Source: Bacteroidota bacterium
GTDB lineage: Bacteria; Bacteroidota; Bacteroidia; Bacteroidales; UBA10428
DNA: 64,000 nt
Direction of reading: 5' to 3'
Assembly (NCBI GenBank): GCA_023442525.1
Contig: JAEZZA010000017.1
Coordinates: forward strand, 127,340 to 191,339
The position numbers and the translations under genes are program-made. Below, piece by piece: positions 31,268 to 42,825 of the stretch (positions are counted from its first letter, which is position 1; each line of letters starts with the position of its first letter). The notes beneath the pieces were generated by a model. That model made no database searches and was not told where the DNA came from. It saw only the letters and a list, made by a program, of their open reading frames with translations.

Positions 31268-32734
31268 ATGTCACAGTATTTAGTTGTGGTGGTGGTATTG
31301 GCCATCCTGTTTGTTTTTATTCTGCTTGTAACTTTCCTTCGCCGCTATAAACGCTGTCCGTCCGACAGAGTATTAGTCATTTATGGTAAGATAGGCAAGA
31401 GTGAGGAAGCGGAATCTCGTTCTTCCAGGTGTATTCATGGAGGTGCTGCATTCATCTGGCCTGTAATTCAGGATTACGAGTTTCTTGATCTTACACCGAT
31501 CTCGATCGAAATCAACCTGAAAAGTGCACTGAGTAAACAAAATATCAGGGTAGACGTGCCCTCGATATTTACAGTTGGTATTTCCACCGAAGTGGGTGTA
31601 ATGAGTAATGCAGCAGAAAGATTACTGGGTCTCAAGCAACAGGATATCAGTAACCTGGCAAAAGATATTATTTTTGGTCAGCTTCGTTTGGTTGTGGCTA
31701 CCATGGATATTGAGGAAATCAACAGTAACCGCGACCTGTTCCTTGACGCCGTTTCAAGGAATGTTGAAGCCGAATTGAAAAAGGTGGGTCTTAAGCTGAT
31801 CAACGTTAACGTAACCGATATTAACGATGAATCGGGATACATTGAAGCTCTTGGTAAAGAAGCCGCTGCCAAAGCTATTAATGATGCCAAGAGAAGCGTA
31901 GCAGAAAAGAATCGGGACGGGTCAATTGGTGAAGCTAATGCCCTAAAGGATCAGCGTATCCAGGTAGCGTCTGCTAACGCGAATGCAGTTGAAGGTGAGA
32001 ATACTGCCGCCATTCATATTGCCAATACTACAGCAGCCAGACGTGAAAAAGAAGCTGAAGCTGAAAGAATAGCTGTTGCAGCCGAAAAAGTGAATCAGGC
32101 AAAAGCACTGGAGGAAGCATATAAAGCTGAGCGTGAAGCCGAATTAAGCAGGTCGGAGCGTGTTAATGCAACTCAGATTGCCGATATCATTGTTCCCACC
32201 CAGATCGACAAACAAAAGATTGAAATAGCCGCTGAGGCAATGGCCGAGCAAATAAGACGTCATGCAAAAGGAGAAGCCGATGCGATTTATTTGAAAATGG
32301 AAGCCCAGGCAAAAGGTATTTTTGAAGTTTTGAGTAAACAGGCCAGTGGATTTGAAATGCTTGTGAATGCAGCAGGTAATGATCCGCAGAAAGCCGTTAT
32401 GATGATGATTGCCGACAAGTTGCCTGAACTGGTCAAGACCCAGGTGGAAGCAGTCAAGAACCTGAAAATTGATAAAGTTACAGTATGGGATTCTATGTCG
32501 GCCGGTAAGGATGGCCGCGGATCATCTACGGCAAATTACTTTTCAAGCATGCTTGCAGCCATTCCGCCATTAAAAGATCTGTTTAATCAGGCAGGTCTTG
32601 AATTGCCCGATTTCCTGAGCGGAACCAAAAAGCCCGCTGATAATATTGCCACACCTGTGATTGAGCCGGAACAACCTGTTAAGGCCGCTCCGAAAGAGAG
32701 TGAAAAGCCGGGTGATGTTAAAGGGAAGAAGTGA
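31268..32734 (+). CDS. flotillin-family SPFH/band-7 protein
   Basis: N-terminal TM, SPFH domain, long Ala/Glu-rich coiled coil (EA repeats), and a flotillin C-terminal region. Confidence 0.85.
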   Translation: MSQYLVVVVVLAILFVFILLVTFLRRYKRCPSDRVLVIYGKIGKSEEAESRSSRCIHGGAAFIWPVIQDYEFLDLTPISIEINLKSALSKQNIRVDVPSIFTVGISTEVGVMSNAAERLLGLKQQDISNLAKDIIFGQLRLVVATMDIEEINSNRDLFLDAVSRNVEAELKKVGLKLINVNVTDINDESGYIEALGKEAAAKAINDAKRSVAEKNRDGSIGEANALKDQRIQVASANANAVEGENTAAIHIANTTAARREKEAEAERIAVAAEKVNQAKALEEAYKAEREAELSRSERVNATQIADIIVPTQIDKQKIEIAAEAMAEQIRRHAKGEADAIYLKMEAQAKGIFEVLSKQASGFEMLVNAAGNDPQKAVMMMIADKLPELVKTQVEAVKNLKIDKVTVWDSMSAGKDGRGSSTANYFSSMLAAIPPLKDLFNQAGLELPDFLSGTKKPADNIATPVIEPEQPVKAAPKESEKPGDVKGKK

Positions 32735-32736
32735 AA

Positions 32737-32771
32737 GCTGGGTGCTGGATACTGGATGCTGGATGCTGGAT
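32737..32771. repeat. heptamer tandem repeat (GCTGGAT/ACTGGAT) x5
   Basis: gctgggt gctggat actggat gctggat gctggat, starting 3 nt after the flotillin stop. Confidence 0.85.
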
Positions 32772-32846
32772 ACTATAATGGATACGGGATGTCCAGGATC
32801 AGACACAGGTTCAGAGAGAGCGAGGGGGAGAGAAGAGAAATAAATT

Positions 32847-33800
32847 TCAAGCTCTGAGATACTCCCTTACATATTCATTAACGCCTTCTTCAAGCGAATA
32901 GAAAGGAAATGTGTAGCCTGCATTACGAAGTTTATCCATGCGGGCTTCTGTAAAATACTGGTATTTGTCCCGGATATCTGCCGGTGTGTCGATATATTCA
33001 ATTACCGGATCCAAATCCATTGCAACAAATGTAGATGTGGTAAGATCGAGAAACGACCGGGCTTTTCCTGTTCCCAGGTTATAAATGGCAGATTCGGGCT
33101 TATTGGCAAACAGCCAGTATATTACTTTAACAACATCTTTCACGTAAATAAAGTCGCGGCTTTGTCCGCCGTCGGGTATACCGGCTTTATGCGAACGGAA
33201 TAACTGCATCTTACCGGTCGATCGGATCTGGTTAAAGGCATGGAAGACCACAGAAGCCATTCTTCCCTTATGATATTCGCCAGGGCCATAGACATTAAAA
33301 AACTTCAGACCTGCCCAGAATGGAGGAGTCTGCTGCTGTTGAAGCATCCATTTGTCGAAATCGTTTTTCGATTCACCATAGGGATTCAAAGGTTTGAGGT
33401 CATTTACAATCGCGTGATCGTCGGAATAACCCAGTTCGCCCGAACCATATGTTGCGGCAGAAGATGCATAAATAAGCGGAATGCCATATTCTGAGCATGA
33501 TTTCCACACCTGCTTTGTATATCCGAGGTTAAGCCTGTCGAATACACTCCGGTCGAACTCGGCTGTATTTGTTCGTGCACCCAGGTGAAAGACAAATTCA
33601 ACATCAGTATGATTTTTTTCAAACCATTCGAAAAAGTTATCTCTTTCTACAAGCGTTCGATACTTCGTTGATGAATAATTAACTCCCTTTAACTTGTTTG
33701 AGAAAGAATCCACTAGGACCAGGTCCTCTGATCCTTTTTCGTTAAGCAGCTTAACAAGATTGCTGCCAATGAACCCGGCGGCTCCGGTTACTACTATCAT
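32847..33800 (-). CDS. hldD: ADP-L-glycero-D-manno-heptose 6-epimerase
   Basis: Collinear with E. coli HldD (VTGAAGFIGSN, YASSAATYG, FNVYGPGEYHKGRMASV, NLGTG…S). Confidence 0.9.
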   Translation of the reverse strand: MIVVTGAAGFIGSNLVKLLNEKGSEDLVLVDSFSNKLKGVNYSSTKYRTLVERDNFFEWFEKNHTDVEFVFHLGARTNTAEFDRSVFDRLNLGYTKQVWKSCSEYGIPLIYASSAATYGSGELGYSDDHAIVNDLKPLNPYGESKNDFDKWMLQQQQTPPFWAGLKFFNVYGPGEYHKGRMASVVFHAFNQIRSTGKMQLFRSHKAGIPDGGQSRDFIYVKDVVKVIYWLFANKPESAIYNLGTGKARSFLDLTTSTFVAMDLDPVIEYIDTPADIRDKYQYFTEARMDKLRNAGYTFPFYSLEEGVNEYVREYLRA

Positions 33801-33838
33801 CAGATTAATTATTGAAGAATTGCAAAGAAAGTGAATTT

Positions 33839-34531
33839 CTATTTGTCAAGTCTGAGTTCTTCCAGAATTTCAAGTACGGTGGTAGTGAGATTCCCAAGAG
33901 CCAGAGGATGATGCCAGTTTTCGACCTTACGTATCTCAATAAAATACGATATGGCGCGGATCTGTAAAAAGGGTATCTTTTCCATCAGGCAGGTGTAGAA
34001 GAAGGCAGCTCCCGACATGGTTTCGATTTCACACTTAAACCGAGTCTTAATTTTTTGAATGCTTTCCTGTTGTCCATGTAGCGTGTTTACTGTAATGGCC
34101 TTCACCGGGATAAGTGATTCCACCACATCGATCTCAAAATTACCCAGACTTTTCAAAAGTCCTTCAGTAAAAGGAAATGAATCTTCGTCGAGTAATTCCT
34201 TTTCGGCCAGACTATAAAAGCTGTCCTTTTCTTCAAAGCCCAGATCGGCAAACTGTTCCTGGATAACATTGACCACAAACCCCAATTCCAGGAAATAATC
34301 AAAACTGCCGGCTACACCCAGATTGACAGCAAGGTCGTAACTATAGGTATTAAGGGCTTTGGTAAGATGATAGGCCATAAAAGCACTGCCGTGTCCCGTG
34401 ATCAATATATCGATATCCAGATTACCCAGCTTGTAATTCCAAAGATTGCTATAAATCTTTGATACGAAATTGAGCTTATCCCTTAAAAGCTTGACTTCAC
34501 TATTCGAGGCTGCAACAAGGAGTATTTTCAT
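33839..34531 (-). CDS. PNP/UDP-phosphorylase-family nucleosidase (futalosine hydrolase / MTA nucleosidase-like)
   Basis: ~230 aa, ILITGHGSAF… fold resembling MTAN/MqnB. Family-level call only. Confidence 0.4.
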   Translation of the reverse strand: MKILLVAASNSEVKLLRDKLNFVSKIYSNLWNYKLGNLDIDILITGHGSAFMAYHLTKALNTYSYDLAVNLGVAGSFDYFLELGFVVNVIQEQFADLGFEEKDSFYSLAEKELLDEDSFPFTEGLLKSLGNFEIDVVESLIPVKAITVNTLHGQQESIQKIKTRFKCEIETMSGAAFFYTCLMEKIPFLQIRAISYFIEIRKVENWHHPLALGNLTTTVLEILEELRLDK

Positions 34532-34669
34532 AGGACATCAATTTTCGCTATGCTTTGTAAAATTGTCTAAATTTGTTAAAAAGGTAACGGCCTTTAAAGA
34601 TACGACAAAAAGATAGGACAAAATAACCGGTCATATACAGATAAGGCTTTTACACAACATAAGTTAGCA

Positions 34670-35308
34670 ATGGAAGAAAAGAAAATAATTATTGAAGGCA
34701 TTTCAGAGACTGGATTTGAGCGTATTGATAAATTTAACGGCAGAAAGACCAAATCCCTGGCGGGCCTGTACCGGAAAGTCCTGATGAATCTTGGCGAAGA
34801 TCCATGCCGCGAAGGTTTAATCGACACTCCTGAAAGAGTGGCCCGGGCCATGCAGTACTTTACGCACGGCTATTACCTTAAACCCGAAGAAATTCTCGGA
34901 GCCTCCAAATTCCATGAGGATTACAAGGAAATGGTCATTGTTAAGGACATTGAATTGTATTCATTGTGTGAACATCATCTGGTTCCCTTTTTTGGTAAAG
35001 CACATGTAGCCTACATTCCTAATGAGTATATAACAGGATTAAGTAAAATAGCACGGGTTGTCGATGCCTTTGCACGACGGTTGCAGGTTCAGGAACGATT
35101 GACTATGCAGATACGCGACTGCATACAGGAGACTTTAAATCCTCTTGGTGTGGCTGTGGTGATTGAAGCGAAGCATTTATGTATGGTCATGCGCGGGATT
35201 CAGAAACAAAACTCAATTACCACCACATCAGCATTTACGGGTTGTTTTTTAAATGATCACCGTACCCGCGAAGAATTTGTTCACATGATAGGAATCAAAT
35301 TGCATTGA
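34670..35308 (+). CDS. folE: GTP cyclohydrolase I
   Basis: [21 protein letters not shown] zinc site. Confidence 0.9.
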   Translation: MEEKKIIIEGISETGFERIDKFNGRKTKSLAGLYRKVLMNLGEDPCREGLIDTPERVARAMQYFTHGYYLKPEEILGASKFHEDYKEMVIVKDIELYSLCEHHLVPFFGKAHVAYIPNEYITGLSKIARVVDAFARRLQVQERLTMQIRDCIQETLNPLGVAVVIEAKHLCMVMRGIQKQNSITTTSAFTGCFLNDHRTREEFVHMIGIKLH

Positions 35309-35880
35309 TGGAACAACCAACAAAAACGTCATTCTTCTTCAAAAACCTCGCAAAGGGATTGATCTGGCTTGGAGTGATTGTTGCGTTGTTTGTATTTTCA
35401 AAACATCATGCCGACAAGGAATTAATCATCCGTTTCGAGCCTTTATTTTCACGTACATTTCTTATACTTACCATATTCTCATTCTCGGAATTGCTTATAG
35501 GGATCATTCCTCCTGAAGTATTTATGATCTGGTCGCTCCGGTCGGGAGAAATACATACTTATATTTTCTGGATTGTAATACTTACCGTGATATCTTACCT
35601 GGCAGGACTTACAGCATATATGTTCGGTAGGTATCTTCACAATACCAGGTTATACAATTATTTGCATAACCGTTATCTGATGAAGTCAGAGAAATTACTG
35701 CATGAATATGGACTGTATCTGATTCTGGTGGCGGCTTTGACTCCGTTTCCGTTTTCGGGTGTGGCTATGCTCGTTGGCGCAGTACATTACCCTGTCAAAA
35801 GGTACATTTATTGGTCGCTTTCACGCTTTGCCAAGTTTGCATTGAGTGCATGGATTATCTGGGAAGCCAACATGTTATAG
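35305..35880 (+). CDS. small polytopic membrane protein (possibly YqaA/DedA-like)
   Basis: 191 aa, 4-5 TM. Start overlaps the folE stop (ATGA). Confidence 0.4.
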   Translation: MMEQPTKTSFFFKNLAKGLIWLGVIVALFVFSKHHADKELIIRFEPLFSRTFLILTIFSFSELLIGIIPPEVFMIWSLRSGEIHTYIFWIVILTVISYLAGLTAYMFGRYLHNTRLYNYLHNRYLMKSEKLLHEYGLYLILVAALTPFPFSGVAMLVGAVHYPVKRYIYWSLSRFAKFALSAWIIWEANML

Positions 35881-36002
35881 GTAATAAATCACCAACTATA
35901 GTTTTTTTAGAACTTTTTACGATAAATGGCGTAAAACAAATCATTTTAAAATTCAGGGGAAGCCGAAAACCTTAGAGTAGGCACATAATTAAACTTAACA
36001 AC

Positions 36003-36617
36003 ATGAAAATCGTAAAAAGATTTTTTTTGGGCGCACTGCTCTCCATTTTTGCTTTGTCGTTGAATGCACAAACCGAGGCTGGAAAAATCTATGTCGGAGG
36101 TTCGAGTGACCTTTCTTTTGGTGCCATGACCGTGAAAGTAAAATCAGATAATGGAACCAGTACTATGGGCAAACAGACATCTTTCAGCCTTGCTCCTGAA
36201 GCCGGTTATTTTGTTATGGACGGTCTGGCTGTTGGTTTAGGAATTGATATGTCACTTGATGTTCAGAAGCCTGAAGATTCTGACTATAAATCATCCACCA
36301 CAACAGTACTATTTGGACCTTTTGCCAAGTACTATTACGGTACCGGAAATATTAAGCCTTTTGCCCAGGCCGGCATTGCTTTTGGTAGCATGGCAGAAAA
36401 GGATTCTTATGAAGGCGAAAGCGAGACGGAAAAAGCCGGTGTTTTTGGATTTGGTTTTGGTATAGGCGCCGCTATGTTTATGAATGATAATGTTGCTTTT
36501 GAACTGGGCATAGGATATCAGTCAGCATCATATAAAGCAAAACAAGATAACCCAAACGATGCCAAACAAGTAATTGGCGGAATTGGCGTCAGTGTTGGAA
36601 TAGTAGTAGTATTATAA
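36003..36617 (+). CDS. outer-membrane beta-barrel protein (OmpA/OmpW-like porin family)
   Basis: Signal peptide, alternating amphipathic beta-strands, and C-terminal terminal hydrophobic residues (…GIVVVL). Confidence 0.6.
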   Translation: MKIVKRFFLGALLSIFALSLNAQTEAGKIYVGGSSDLSFGAMTVKVKSDNGTSTMGKQTSFSLAPEAGYFVMDGLAVGLGIDMSLDVQKPEDSDYKSSTTTVLFGPFAKYYYGTGNIKPFAQAGIAFGSMAEKDSYEGESETEKAGVFGFGFGIGAAMFMNDNVAFELGIGYQSASYKAKQDNPNDAKQVIGGIGVSVGIVVVL

Positions 36618-36621
36618 ATTT

Positions 36622-36660
36622 ATATTACATCGAAAAGAAAAAGGCGGAGCAAAACACTCC
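36622..36660. terminator. bidirectional rho-independent terminator
   Basis: A-tract, then ggcggag-caaaacac-ctccgcc, then ttttttt. Lies between two convergent genes. Confidence 0.8.
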
Positions 36661-36716
36661 GCCTTTTTTTGTGACCTGATATCGTGGATCGCAGATCGCT
36701 TTGTTTCTTATATCTC

Positions 36717-38069
36717 TTACTTATGTTTACTTCCCACGAGTGCGAAGAAGGCTATGTAAGCATAGCACAGGATCGGCAGAATGAAGGAGGCTTTAACCCC
36801 AAATCCGTCTGCAATCTGGCCCATCAGTACCGGTATAATAGCACCACCTACGATGAGAGTATTTATGATACCTGATGCTGTACTGAGTTCACCTTTGTCG
36901 AGGCCGTCAACACCCAGTGCAAAAATATTCGGGAACATAACTGAATTGAAGAATCCGATTGAACAGCCTACCCACAGTATCATATTTGTCGGAACCGTCA
37001 TGGTAGCCAGAGCCAGTATTGCAGCTATAACTGCAAAAACAGCAAGAGTTTTGTTGGCCTTACCGCTGCCAAGCTGCATAGCCAGGTAATTGATCACGGC
37101 AACACCTGTGAAAATCAAACCATCGGTAAGTTCACGCCTTATGTACCAGCCTACAATGAATGCAAGAATGAGCACCAGAGTGGTATACAGATATTTTTTC
37201 GATTTTTCGGTATTCGACAGCATGAACGATGCATAAAAACGTCCAATCATGGCACCACCCCAGTAAAGAGCTATCATTTTTGCAGCCTCGGTTTGTGTGA
37301 AACCCGAAGCTTCCTGTAAATACCTCTGAACCATTGCTGCACTACCTACTTCGGCACCAACATAGAAGAAAATACCCAGAGCACCCAGAATTACATGGGG
37401 ATACTTCCAGACACTTTTTCCCTGAACACCGGTAGTAGGAATAACCGGGAGCTTAAGATTGAAAATAACAACAGCAATGATCAGAACCAGGATACCGATT
37501 ATGATAAAGGGTACCGGAACCGACTGGGCTGCCTGCTGGGCAGGAGACAGGGCTGAATCGAGCGCACTTTCGGCAACAGTTTTGAAAACAAATATGCTGG
37601 CAATTATCGGTGCAATGGTAGTTGCTATTGAATTAAGAGCCTGGGTGAGGTTGAGCCTGCCTGAAGCGGTTTCGGAAGGACCGAGTGCGGTAACATAAGG
37701 ATTGGCTGCCACCTGAAGGAATACAACACCACTTGCCATGATAAATATAGCAAACAGGAAGAACGGAAACGAGGGTACTTTTGCAGCAGGAAAGAAGAGG
37801 AAACTACCAACAGCTACCAATACTAGTCCCAGAATTACACCAGCCTTGTAACCGATCTTCTTAATAATACTGCCACTGGCAAATGATAAAACAAAATAGG
37901 TAAAGAAAAACGCGCCGTTAACCAACTGTGCCTGAAAATTTGAAAGATCAAAAACGGCCTTAAACTTATCTGCTAAGGTAATATTGAATGTTGTCACAAA
38001 TCCGAAGATGAAGAATATCATCCCCATAAAGGCCATCCCCACGGCCTGCGTATTTTTCTGCTCTGTCAT
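36717..38069 (-). CDS. MFS sugar:H+ symporter (FucP/FHS family-like)
   Basis: 12 TM helices, FHS-family N-terminal motifs. Confidence 0.75.
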   Translation of the reverse strand: MTEQKNTQAVGMAFMGMIFFIFGFVTTFNITLADKFKAVFDLSNFQAQLVNGAFFFTYFVLSFASGSIIKKIGYKAGVILGLVLVAVGSFLFFPAAKVPSFPFFLFAIFIMASGVVFLQVAANPYVTALGPSETASGRLNLTQALNSIATTIAPIIASIFVFKTVAESALDSALSPAQQAAQSVPVPFIIIGILVLIIAVVIFNLKLPVIPTTGVQGKSVWKYPHVILGALGIFFYVGAEVGSAAMVQRYLQEASGFTQTEAAKMIALYWGGAMIGRFYASFMLSNTEKSKKYLYTTLVLILAFIVGWYIRRELTDGLIFTGVAVINYLAMQLGSGKANKTLAVFAVIAAILALATMTVPTNMILWVGCSIGFFNSVMFPNIFALGVDGLDKGELSTASGIINTLIVGGAIIPVLMGQIADGFGVKASFILPILCYAYIAFFALVGSKHK

Positions 38070-38161
38070 ACTGTTATAATTAGGTTAAACAATTAGGTTA
38101 AAAGAGGTATAAGTTTACAAATTTAAGTTTGAATTCTGACGAATGTTCATAAAATTTCCTC

Positions 38162-39037
38162 TTAACGCAGGGAAGGAGGTATGGATTCGAAGACTTCTAC
38201 AGCGGCTCTGGATTTGTTTAGCGTATAAAAATGTATGCCCGGTGCCCCTTTAATGAGCAGGTCAAGACATTGCCGAATGGCATGTTCAACGCCGGCCTGG
38301 TATGCTTTTTCATCATTATCCCTGAACTGTTCCATCTTTTCGAGTAAGTCCCTCGGGAATGATGTGGATGCCATATCTACAAACCTTTTTATTTGTTTGT
38401 AACCGGTTAGCGGGATTATTCCGGGGATGATCCTGCAGGTTATCCCTGCTTCACGTGCCCTGCGTACAAAATCAAAATAGGCACAGTTGTCAAAAAACAA
38501 TTGAGTGACCAGGAAATCAGCGCCCGAATCAAATTTTAACTTCAAATTCTTCATATAGGCATCCATAGTCGACGCTTCGGGATGCTTTTCGGGATTAGCC
38601 GCAGCACCTACACTGAAATCGTATTTCAGGCCCTTTACGAATTCAATCAGTTCATTTGCAAATCTGAATCCGTTTTTTTCGGCTACGAAGTTACTTTCTC
38701 CCTTAGGCGGATCTCCGCGCAGCAGCATCACGTTCCTGATCCCAATAGATTTCAGATATTCCATATCGGCGGCAATCTTTTCGCGTGAAGATCCCACGCA
38801 GGTATAATGCGCCATGGTATTCATTCCAATCCGGTTCTGCAGGTAATTGACCAAAGCAAAAGTGCGTTCCTGATTGGAACCGCCTGCGCCATATGTTACT
38901 GAAACAAATGAAGGATTAAGCTGCAGAAGCTGGCCTACATTGATACCGAAATCAACGGCAGAAATTTCGTCTTTGGGTGGAAAAAATTCAAATGAAAATG
39001 TACGGTCGGTGTTTTTGAAAATATCGGTGATTTTCAT
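38162..39037 (-). CDS. metF: 5,10-methylenetetrahydrofolate reductase
   Basis: N-terminal FSFEFFPPK, TIM-barrel MTHFR. Confidence 0.9.
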   Translation of the reverse strand: MKITDIFKNTDRTFSFEFFPPKDEISAVDFGINVGQLLQLNPSFVSVTYGAGGSNQERTFALVNYLQNRIGMNTMAHYTCVGSSREKIAADMEYLKSIGIRNVMLLRGDPPKGESNFVAEKNGFRFANELIEFVKGLKYDFSVGAAANPEKHPEASTMDAYMKNLKLKFDSGADFLVTQLFFDNCAYFDFVRRAREAGITCRIIPGIIPLTGYKQIKRFVDMASTSFPRDLLEKMEQFRDNDEKAYQAGVEHAIRQCLDLLIKGAPGIHFYTLNKSRAAVEVFESIPPSLR

Positions 39038-39045
39038 CCGGTAAA

Positions 39046-42000
39046 TTATTTGTAATTGAGATTAGATGCCAGTAATACTTCAACCTGCTCCTGTGTCAAT
39101 CCTTTGCGGTCCGCATAATCAACCACCTGGTCGTGCGAAATATTTCCGACAAAGAAGTAACGCGACTGCGGATGGGCAAATATGAGCCCGCTTACCGAGG
39201 CTGCCGGCATCATCATATAATTTTCACTCAGACTGATACCTGCTTTGCCCTCCGGATCGAGCCAGTTAAATAAAGTTTGTTTTTCTGAATGATCGGGGCA
39301 TGCAGGGTATCCATGCGCAGGTCGTATTCCTTTATATTTTTCAAGCAACAGCTCATCCAGAGTCAGGTTCTCATCAGGTATATATCCCCAGATCTCTTTA
39401 CGTACCTTTAAATGCAATACCTCTGTAAATGCTTCGGCAAGTCGGTCGGCTAAGGCTTTTACCATAATACTCTGGTAATCGTCGTTCTGATTCCTGAATT
39501 CTTCAAGCAGCCTTTCAATACCAATACCTGCAGTTACAGCAAATCCGCCCAGGTAATCAATCTTTCCCGATTCAACCGGAGCAATGAAATCGGAAAGACA
39601 GAGATTCAGACCTCCGTCGGATTTAAGCTCCTGGTTGCGCAAGTTACAGAAGCGTGCAATAACCCTGCTTCGGTTCTTGTCGCTGTAAACTTCAATATCA
39701 TCGCCGACCGAATTTGCCGGGTAAATGGCCAGCACTCCATTGGCTCGTAATGCTTTTTCACGCGCAATCCGGTCGAGCATTTTATTGGCTTCGGCAAACA
39801 ATTTTGCCGCTTCTTCTCCCTGCTTCGGGTCCTTTAGGATATCAGGATACTTACCCCTTAATTGCCAGATAACAAAATAAAATACCCAGCTTATATATTC
39901 CCGGATCTCTTCAACAGGATAATCGAAGAAGAATTTATGACCAGTGAAATTGGGTTCCGGTATAATTTCCTTTTCCCAATCGATTTTCAAACGGTTATTC
40001 CTGGCCTGTTCCAGCGATAAATAGGAAACTTTTTCCCTGGCTGTCAGATAACTCTCGCGTAATGCCGAGTATTCATCCTTTGTATTTCTGACGAATTCAT
40101 CACGGGCTGTTTCCGACAACAGGTTGCTCATAACGCTTACACTTCGCGATGCATCCTTTACATGAATAACCGGAGAACTGTAGTACGGCTCAATTTTTAC
40201 AGCCGTATGAATTTTTGAAGTTGTGGCTCCTCCAATCAGCAGCGGTTTTTTCAGTCCGTTTTTCTCCATCTGGCGTGCAATGTCGCTCATGATCTCCAGC
40301 GAGGGTGTTATTAATCCGCTCACACCAACAATATTAACATCATCGGCAAGGGCTGCTTCCACGATTTTTTCGGTAGGCACCATTACTCCCAGGTCTACAA
40401 CTTCATAATTGTTGCAGGCAAGAACTACTCCTACAATGTTTTTACCAATATCATGAACATCGCCTTTTACTGTGGCAAGGACTATCTTTCCGGCTGTATG
40501 ACTTGTCGATACGGCATCCGGATCTTTTTCCTGTTCTATGAAAGGCTGAAGAACGGCAACGGCTTTCTTCATCACCCGGGCGCTCTTAACCACCTGGGGA
40601 AGGAACATCTTGCCTTCGCCGAACAGATCTCCTACTATCGACATTCCATTCATCAATGGTCCTTCAATGATCTGTAGACTTTTAGGATAATAGGACCGGG
40701 CTTCCAGCACGTCCTGCTCTATGTAATCGATAATGCCCTTTACCAGTGCATGGTTTATTCTTTCTTCCACAGATCCCCTGCGCCACTCATCATTTTTCTC
40801 TTCCTTTTTATCCTGCTTCTTAAGTGTTTCTGAAAAAGCAAGCAAACGTTCGGTGGCATCGGATCGGCGGTTAAGCACAACATCTTCCACCAGTTCCAGC
40901 AGGTCCTTTGGCAAATCATCGTAAACAGCAAGCATACCCGGATTTACAATACCCATATCCATGCCTGCTTTAATGGCGTGGTAAAGGAATACAGAGTGTA
41001 TGGCCTCGCGTATCAGGTTATTACCCCTGAAGGCGAATGAAAGATTACTGATACCACCGCTTACCCGGGCATAGGGAAGATTGGCCTTAATCCATTCCGT
41101 TGTCTTGATGAAATCAACAGCGTAATTATTATGTTCCTCAATTCCCGTGGCAATAGCCAGAACATTTGGATCGAATATGATATTTTCCGGTGGGAATTTT
41201 ACCTGGTTAACCAATATGTCATAGGCGCGCCGGCAGACCTCAGTCCGCCGGTTAAAAGAATCTGCCTGTCCCTTTTCGTCAAAGGCCATTACTACTACGG
41301 CAGCACCATATTGTTTAACTTTTTCGGCCTGCTCAATAAAGACTTTTTCGCCTTCTTTCAGGCTGATTGAATTAACAACCGCCTTCCCCTGAACGCATTT
41401 TAACCCGGCCTCGATTACCTGCCATTTGGATGAATCAATCATTACCGGAAGTCTGGCAATATCGGGTTCCGACATGAGTAAATGAAGGAAACGGACCATG
41501 CACTTTTCTGCGTCAAGCATGGCATCGTCCATGCAAATATCAATTACCTGGGCGCCGCCTTCAACCTGCTGCCTCGCAACGGAAAGAGCTTCCTCGTATT
41601 TTTCCTCGCGTATGAGATTGGCAAATTTTATGGATCCCGACACATTGGTACGTTCCCCGATATTCACAAAATTACTCTCACGTGTGATCATGAGCGGTTC
41701 AAGGCCACTGAGTGAGGTAATCCGCTTATTTTCCGGAACAATACGGGGTTTATATCGGGCTGCCAGTTCGGCAAATGCTTTAATATGATCGGGTGTGGTA
41801 CCGCAACATCCTCCGACTATGTTTACAAAACCCCCTTCGAGATACTGCTTCAATTGTTCCGTCATTTTTTCCGGAGTATCGTCGTAACCGCCAAACTGGT
41901 TTGGTAATCCTGCATTGGGGTGAGCGCTTACAAAAAACGGAGCATACTTTGATAGTTCTTCCACATGAGGCATCATCTCCTTGGCTCCCAATGCGCAATT

Positions 42001-42729
42001 AACACCTATAGAAAGCGGTGCTGCATGCGACATCGAAATTAGAAATGCCCGAATGGTTTGTCCCGATAACGTTCTGCCACTGGCATCGGTTATAGTCCCT
42101 GAAATCATCACAGGTAACCGCTTTCCAATTTCTTTAAAAACCTGTTCGCTTGCAAATATGGCCGCCTTTGCGTTGAGTGTATCAAAAATGGTCTCAATCA
42201 ACAGAATGTCGACGCCACCGTCAATTAATCCTTTTATCTGTTCGGCATAAGTATCCACCAGGTTATCAAAAGTTACGGCCCGGTATCCCGGATCGTTGAC
42301 ATCGGGTGATAGTGATGCGGTTTTATTTGTAGGTCCTATTGAACCTGCAACAAAACGGGGCTTATCCGGATTCAGACGGGTGTATTCATCAGCAGCGGAC
42401 ACAGCTATCAGGGCTGAAGTCTTGTTCATTTCATAAACAAGATCTTCCATTTTGTAATCGGCCTGTGATATCGAAGTTGCGCTGAACGTATTGGTTTCAA
42501 TAATATCGGCACCAGCATCGAGATATCGAATATGAATTTCTTTAATCAGTTCGGGTTTTGTAATCGAAAGCAGGTCAATGTTTCCTTTGAGTTCATGGGG
42601 AAAGTTCATGAAACGACTACCCCTGTAATCCTGATCGATCAGTTCATACGATTGAATAAGCACTCCCATTGCACCATCAAGGATCATTATCCTTTGCTGC
42701 AATAATTCATGAATTGAAGGTTTTTCCAT
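39046..42729 (-). CDS. metH: cobalamin-dependent methionine synthase
   Basis: Hcy S-methyltransferase (GGCCGTTP), pterin-binding, B12-binding ([10 protein letters not shown]) and AdoMet activation domains. ATG at 42729; the track's first codon at 42750 is TTG. Confidence 0.95.
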   Translation of the reverse strand: MEKPSIHELLQQRIMILDGAMGVLIQSYELIDQDYRGSRFMNFPHELKGNIDLLSITKPELIKEIHIRYLDAGADIIETNTFSATSISQADYKMEDLVYEMNKTSALIAVSAADEYTRLNPDKPRFVAGSIGPTNKTASLSPDVNDPGYRAVTFDNLVDTYAEQIKGLIDGGVDILLIETIFDTLNAKAAIFASEQVFKEIGKRLPVMISGTITDASGRTLSGQTIRAFLISMSHAAPLSIGVNCALGAKEMMPHVEELSKYAPFFVSAHPNAGLPNQFGGYDDTPEKMTEQLKQYLEGGFVNIVGGCCGTTPDHIKAFAELAARYKPRIVPENKRITSLSGLEPLMITRESNFVNIGERTNVSGSIKFANLIREEKYEEALSVARQQVEGGAQVIDICMDDAMLDAEKCMVRFLHLLMSEPDIARLPVMIDSSKWQVIEAGLKCVQGKAVVNSISLKEGEKVFIEQAEKVKQYGAAVVVMAFDEKGQADSFNRRTEVCRRAYDILVNQVKFPPENIIFDPNVLAIATGIEEHNNYAVDFIKTTEWIKANLPYARVSGGISNLSFAFRGNNLIREAIHSVFLYHAIKAGMDMGIVNPGMLAVYDDLPKDLLELVEDVVLNRRSDATERLLAFSETLKKQDKKEEKNDEWRRGSVEERINHALVKGIIDYIEQDVLEARSYYPKSLQIIEGPLMNGMSIVGDLFGEGKMFLPQVVKSARVMKKAVAVLQPFIEQEKDPDAVSTSHTAGKIVLATVKGDVHDIGKNIVGVVLACNNYEVVDLGVMVPTEKIVEAALADDVNIVGVSGLITPSLEIMSDIARQMEKNGLKKPLLIGGATTSKIHTAVKIEPYYSSPVIHVKDASRSVSVMSNLLSETARDEFVRNTKDEYSALRESYLTAREKVSYLSLEQARNNRLKIDWEKEIIPEPNFTGHKFFFDYPVEEIREYISWVFYFVIWQLRGKYPDILKDPKQGEEAAKLFAEANKMLDRIAREKALRANGVLAIYPANSVGDDIEVYSDKNRSRVIARFCNLRNQELKSDGGLNLCLSDFIAPVESGKIDYLGGFAVTAGIGIERLLEEFRNQNDDYQSIMVKALADRLAEAFTEVLHLKVRKEIWGYIPDENLTLDELLLEKYKGIRPAHGYPACPDHSEKQTLFNWLDPEGKAGISLSENYMMMPAASVSGLIFAHPQSRYFFVGNISHDQVVDYADRKGLTQEQVEVLLASNLNYK

Positions 42730-42825
42730 ACAAGTTATTAACGGACACAAACGGTGTTTCAGGGTTTTACCCTGAGGTTAAACAAAATTGAAGCAAAGTT
42801 ACTTTAAAAAGTTTCCGTTTGATAA

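Noticed and set aside
34532-34669. Possible THF/other riboswitch upstream of folE
   Set aside because: An AT-rich spacer with no conserved riboswitch core or convincing multi-stem structure visible by eye.
42730-42825. Hairpin (tcagggt-aaa-accctga) upstream of metH, considered as a SAM or B12 riboswitch
   Set aside because: The region is under 100 nt and lacks the conserved SAM-I/SAM-II or cobalamin riboswitch core sequences. It is more likely the terminator of the upstream acyl-CoA synthetase gene.
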